Positions 60,590 through 64,000 of a stretch of 64,000 nucleotides of DNA are shown in pieces. Position numbers and translations under genes: made by a program. Source of the stretch: Felis catus (lineage: Eukaryota); contig NC_058368.1 of assembly GCF_018350175.1 (NCBI RefSeq), positions 130,016,001 through 130,080,000 on the forward strand. The letters are read 5' to 3'. Every line of letters begins with the position of its first letter. Within the stretch, counting starts at the first letter, position 1. The notes under the pieces were generated by a model, which had not been told where the DNA came from, made no database searches, and saw only the letters and a list, made by a program, of their open reading frames with translations.

Positions 60590-60812
60590 GTTTTTAGTGT
60601 TTATTTATTTTTGAGAGAGAGAGAGAGAGACAGAGAGAGCACGAGTGGGGGAGGGGCACAGAGAGAAGGAGACACAGAATCCGAAGCAGGCTCTGGGCTC
60701 TCAACTCTGAGCTGTGAGCAGACAGCCCAGCGTGGGGCTCGAACTCCCGAACTGTGAGATCATGACCTGAGCTGAAGTTGGATGCTTAACTGACTGTGCC
60801 ACCCAGGCACCC
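60590..60812 (-). mobile_element. Can-SINE (SINEC_Fc2-like)
   Basis: Full structure; diverged TSD aaaaatacgtttaaag / aaaaatatatttaaaag. Confidence 0.92.
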
Positions 60813-61555
60813 AAAAATATATTTAAAAGTAAACAAAAAACAACGTTTCTCCAACCACAAAGCAAGCTCTTAATGGCAATAGCTTATCTTCAGCCCCCAG
60901 AGAAGTACCTGGACTGAGTAAGAGTCAATAAATGTCTGTTAGCTGAAACACTTCCAGGACAGTGGATTTGGCCACCTTTATGGGAATGGAGAGCCAGAAC
61001 CATGAACACATAAACCAAACTCCTGCCCTGAGACCTAAAGGCAGGAGGGCTCTGGGGATGGAGGTTTGGGAGAAAGGCATGAGCAGAAGCCAGGGAAACT
61101 CAGTCATCAGATCTTTTTCTTTGCTGGACGATAGAAACTTCCAGATTGTGACTGTGTCTTTTCCTTCAACTGAGGAATGATTCAGTTGTCAGGATTCAGC
61201 CGATTATTATGGGATTCACTGGCATTGTAATGAAAGTAGCCTATTTTTTTCCTCCCCTGGGAGGAGAGCGTGCTACATTTCTAGGATTTAGAGGCTTAGA
61301 GAAAAATAGCTACTGGATTTGCAATTGCTTTCTCTTTACAGTATCATTTAGCCTTGATATAAATCACTGCAATCTTGCTTCAAAGCCCCAGAAATGATGA
61401 TGGGAGGCTGTTCCCCTCTCCTTTATTCTCACTTTTGTTTTTGTTTCATTTTGTTGCAAGTTTTAGATTTGTGGACCTCAGGGAGCCCTGAGTATATAAG
61501 GCAGGGTTGAACCATGACTTCCTGTGTGCAAACCTCACTCCTGGTACCAAAATCT

Positions 61556-62190
61556 GTATTAGTCAGAGTTCAGCCAGGGAAGCAGAACCACATGTAGGAG
61601 ATTTACAACTATATATTTATGCATCTGTATATCTGTTTATCCCTATATTTGTTTATGCACCTGTATATCTGTTTATCCCTGTATTTGTATCTATATTCTT
61701 CATATCTGTATATCTATTCATCTATCATTCATTCATCTCTATTATCTATCTATCTATCTCTCTATCTATCTATCTATCTATGTATCTATCATCTATCAAT
61801 TAGCTAATTATCTATCTATTCATCTTCTTATTACAAGAAATGAGCCAGTGTAATTGGAATGGGCAGAACAAGTCTGAAATCCATCGGGCGGGACCCCAGG
61901 GCCTGGAAGATCCTGGACAAGCTGGAACCCACAGCATGAGCTGGGGCTACTATACACAGGAAGCTTTCTTCTCTTTTTGGGAAAGACTTAGTCCTGCTTT
62001 GAAGGCCTTTCAACTGATTGGTCAGGTCCACCTGGATTCTTGAGGATAATCTTCCTTATAGGAAGATCAATTGATTAGAGGCTTCAGTTATATCCAAAAA
62101 ATGCTTTCCCAGTAACACCTAGATTAAAGTTTGACTGAATAGCGGGGACTTTAACACAGCCAAGTTGACACATCAGAAAAGCCATCCCAC
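61556..62190 (-). mobile_element. MLT2-family ERVL LTR with internal (TATC)n expansion
   Basis: tgtattagtcagagttc...agcagaacca...aagtctgaaatccat...aaggcctttcaactgattgg...cctagatta...agccaagttgacacat. Confidence 0.85.
61610..61825. repeat. (TATC)n-type low-complexity/microsatellite with a 36-bp tandem duplication
   Basis: tttatgca(t/c)ctgtatatctgtttatccct(a/g)tatttg twice, then (tatc)n. Confidence 0.9.
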
Positions 62191-62476
62191 TGGGCTTGGA
62201 TTATTTGGGTTCTTTTTCAGATTTTGACAAAATATGGGTAGCTCTGTGGAGGCCTCAGTGGGCGGGAAGGGCCCCCATTATCTGGAGATATGAGAGTTGA
62301 AAGACACAAGAAAACTGAATGGAGGCATCAACAACACCCGGCAGTTTGGTTGAGAGTTGGCCCACCCAATCCATAACACAGAAGTTTCAGGTAGTTTTGC
62401 TGACTCACATTTTTTTCCCATCCTTCTTCAAAAAACAGTTATAGTGATATCTATGGCCAATCAAGTCTATGTTATT

Positions 62477-62585
62477 TTTTTCAAGATTTTTTTTTAAGTA
62501 ATCTCTACACCTAGCCTGGGCTTGAATTTACAACCCAGAGATTAAGAATCGCAGGCTCTACTGACTGAGCCAGCCAGACCCCCCA
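62477..62585 (-). mobile_element. Short Can-SINE (SINEC_old-like)
   Basis: TSD gtctatgttatt at 62465 and 62587. Confidence 0.9.
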
Positions 62586-62915
62586 GGTCTATGTTATTAT
62601 CATGCGCTTATTTCAAAAGGGAAATTGGTCGTGAGCACAGCTCTTCCTTCTCAGCCTGTAGCTCCCAGAAATAAGTATAAATAAATGCTGGTATGGGACT
62701 TTTTTGGCAAAGCCATTCCAGGATTTCCTTAGGGGACAGGAAGAGAGTTGAAGTTCTCAGAAGGTAACCTTAGAGCAAAGTAAGCATCCAGCTTGGCTGG
62801 GTGAGGCCACCAAGCCTCACAGAGGGTCATTCTGCATTTGTAGCAGAGTCTGCTACTTTGGAGTGTGGGTATGAGCTAGTCATTGGGGAGTGCCCTTTAA
62901 ACCATATGGCCCTAT

Positions 62916-63124
62916 GGGGCGCCTGGGTGGCTCAGTCAGTTGAGCGTCCGACTTTGGCTCAGGTCATGATCTCATAGTTCGTGAGTTCGAGCTCCATGTC
63001 GGCCTCTGTGCTGATGGCTCACGGCCTAGAGTCTGCTTTGGATTCTGTGTCTCCCTCTCTGCTCCTCCCCAGCTCACACTCTGTCTCTCTCTCAAAAATA
63101 AATAAAGATTAAAAAAATTTTTTT
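62916..63124 (+). mobile_element. Can-SINE (SINEC_Fc2-like)
   Basis: Diverged TSD aaccatatggccct / aactatatggccct. Confidence 0.92.
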
Positions 63125-64000
63125 AACTATATGGCCCTGTATCCACATCTACCTGCAGTCATGTTATTGGATGAAAGTTCTTTGGAAGATCACGGGAAAA
63201 TATTTTTTCAGAATCAAATGTGAAAACCCATAAAACAAAATTAAAAAACATCTCAAAGGTGGAGCAGTTGAAAAGAGCTTTGGTTCTTGATTGAAAATAA
63301 AAGTTCAGGAGAGCTCTTCAGAATGAGAAAGAATGGTGAAAAGCCACCGAACTTCTCTAACGTTGGAAGTAGATCAGCTGACTTGGGGCATTTGTTACAA
63401 GGTGTTTACAAAATTGTTGTTTCACTTTTTGGAGACCACTCCTGCTGAAGCACTGCACAAAGGCTTAATTAAGTGATATCTCAATTTATTTACACTGGTA
63501 TTATTTAGGAAGCCTAACCTGTGCAAGGCCAAGGCTGGTGCTGTCTTCTGGGCCCAGTGTCCTGACACTAAATGTGGCCAAAGTGGATCCTTGCTTCAAA
63601 AGCAGTCTTCCCTGGTATCTCCAAGATTCATGATAAGATGTCTGTGTCTGTGCCTGTGCTGTTCCCTCAGCAGAAGGCCAGAGAGCCTCTGCCCACTTAT
63701 GGAGGCTGCTCTCTTCCTAACAGAAGTTCTAAGCCTTGAGAGTGGAAGTCCTTTGGGGGAATGGTCAGGGGGAATCTCCTGCTATTGAATTCCTTTTAAG
63801 AACAGAAAGTGTATACAGAGGGGCCCTCTCACTTCCAAGGGGCTCTGGTGTACTCAGTCTCTGAATTTCTTATTTCTGTTCATGAAACTCTTGGTATCAT
63901 GGGTCTCTTTGGTTTGGGATGTCACTGGAAGGTGCAGAGGTGGACCCACCTGTTCATTGGCATCCTTGACATGTCTGAACAATGCTCCTGTCTTACTGGC

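Overview
Mammalian genomic DNA, almost certainly from a cat (Felidae), because it carries many SINEC_Fc-type Can-SINEs. The only protein-coding sequence I can support is the terminal coding exon of importin-11 (IPO11; + strand, 18542-18706, ...LALKDPVHTVSLQQFIYEKLKAQQELLGEQGFQSLMETVDTEIVTQLQEFLQGF*), followed by about 1.2 kb of 3' UTR. Bases 1-18541 are the 3' part of the last IPO11 intron. The region from about 20 kb to 64 kb looks intergenic and is rich in repeats: Can-SINEs, L1, L2, MIR, MaLR/ERVL LTRs, hAT and TcMar DNA-transposon relics and microsatellites. The supplied ORFs are nearly all repeat-derived or shadow frames. I see no evidence for a new multi-gene system. The most notable items are (i) a candidate 37-nt cassette exon that would switch the IPO11 last exon into a long open alternative frame ending on a poly(A) signal, (ii) two different SINEs inserted at one target site (three TSD copies), (iii) an L1 with a twin-priming-type inversion, (iv) a young-looking TcMar MITE and (v) a CpG/C-rich patch in the IPO11 3' UTR. 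Repeat family names come from my recognition of consensus-like sequence, not from a database search. Repeat boundaries are approximate, more so for old elements.
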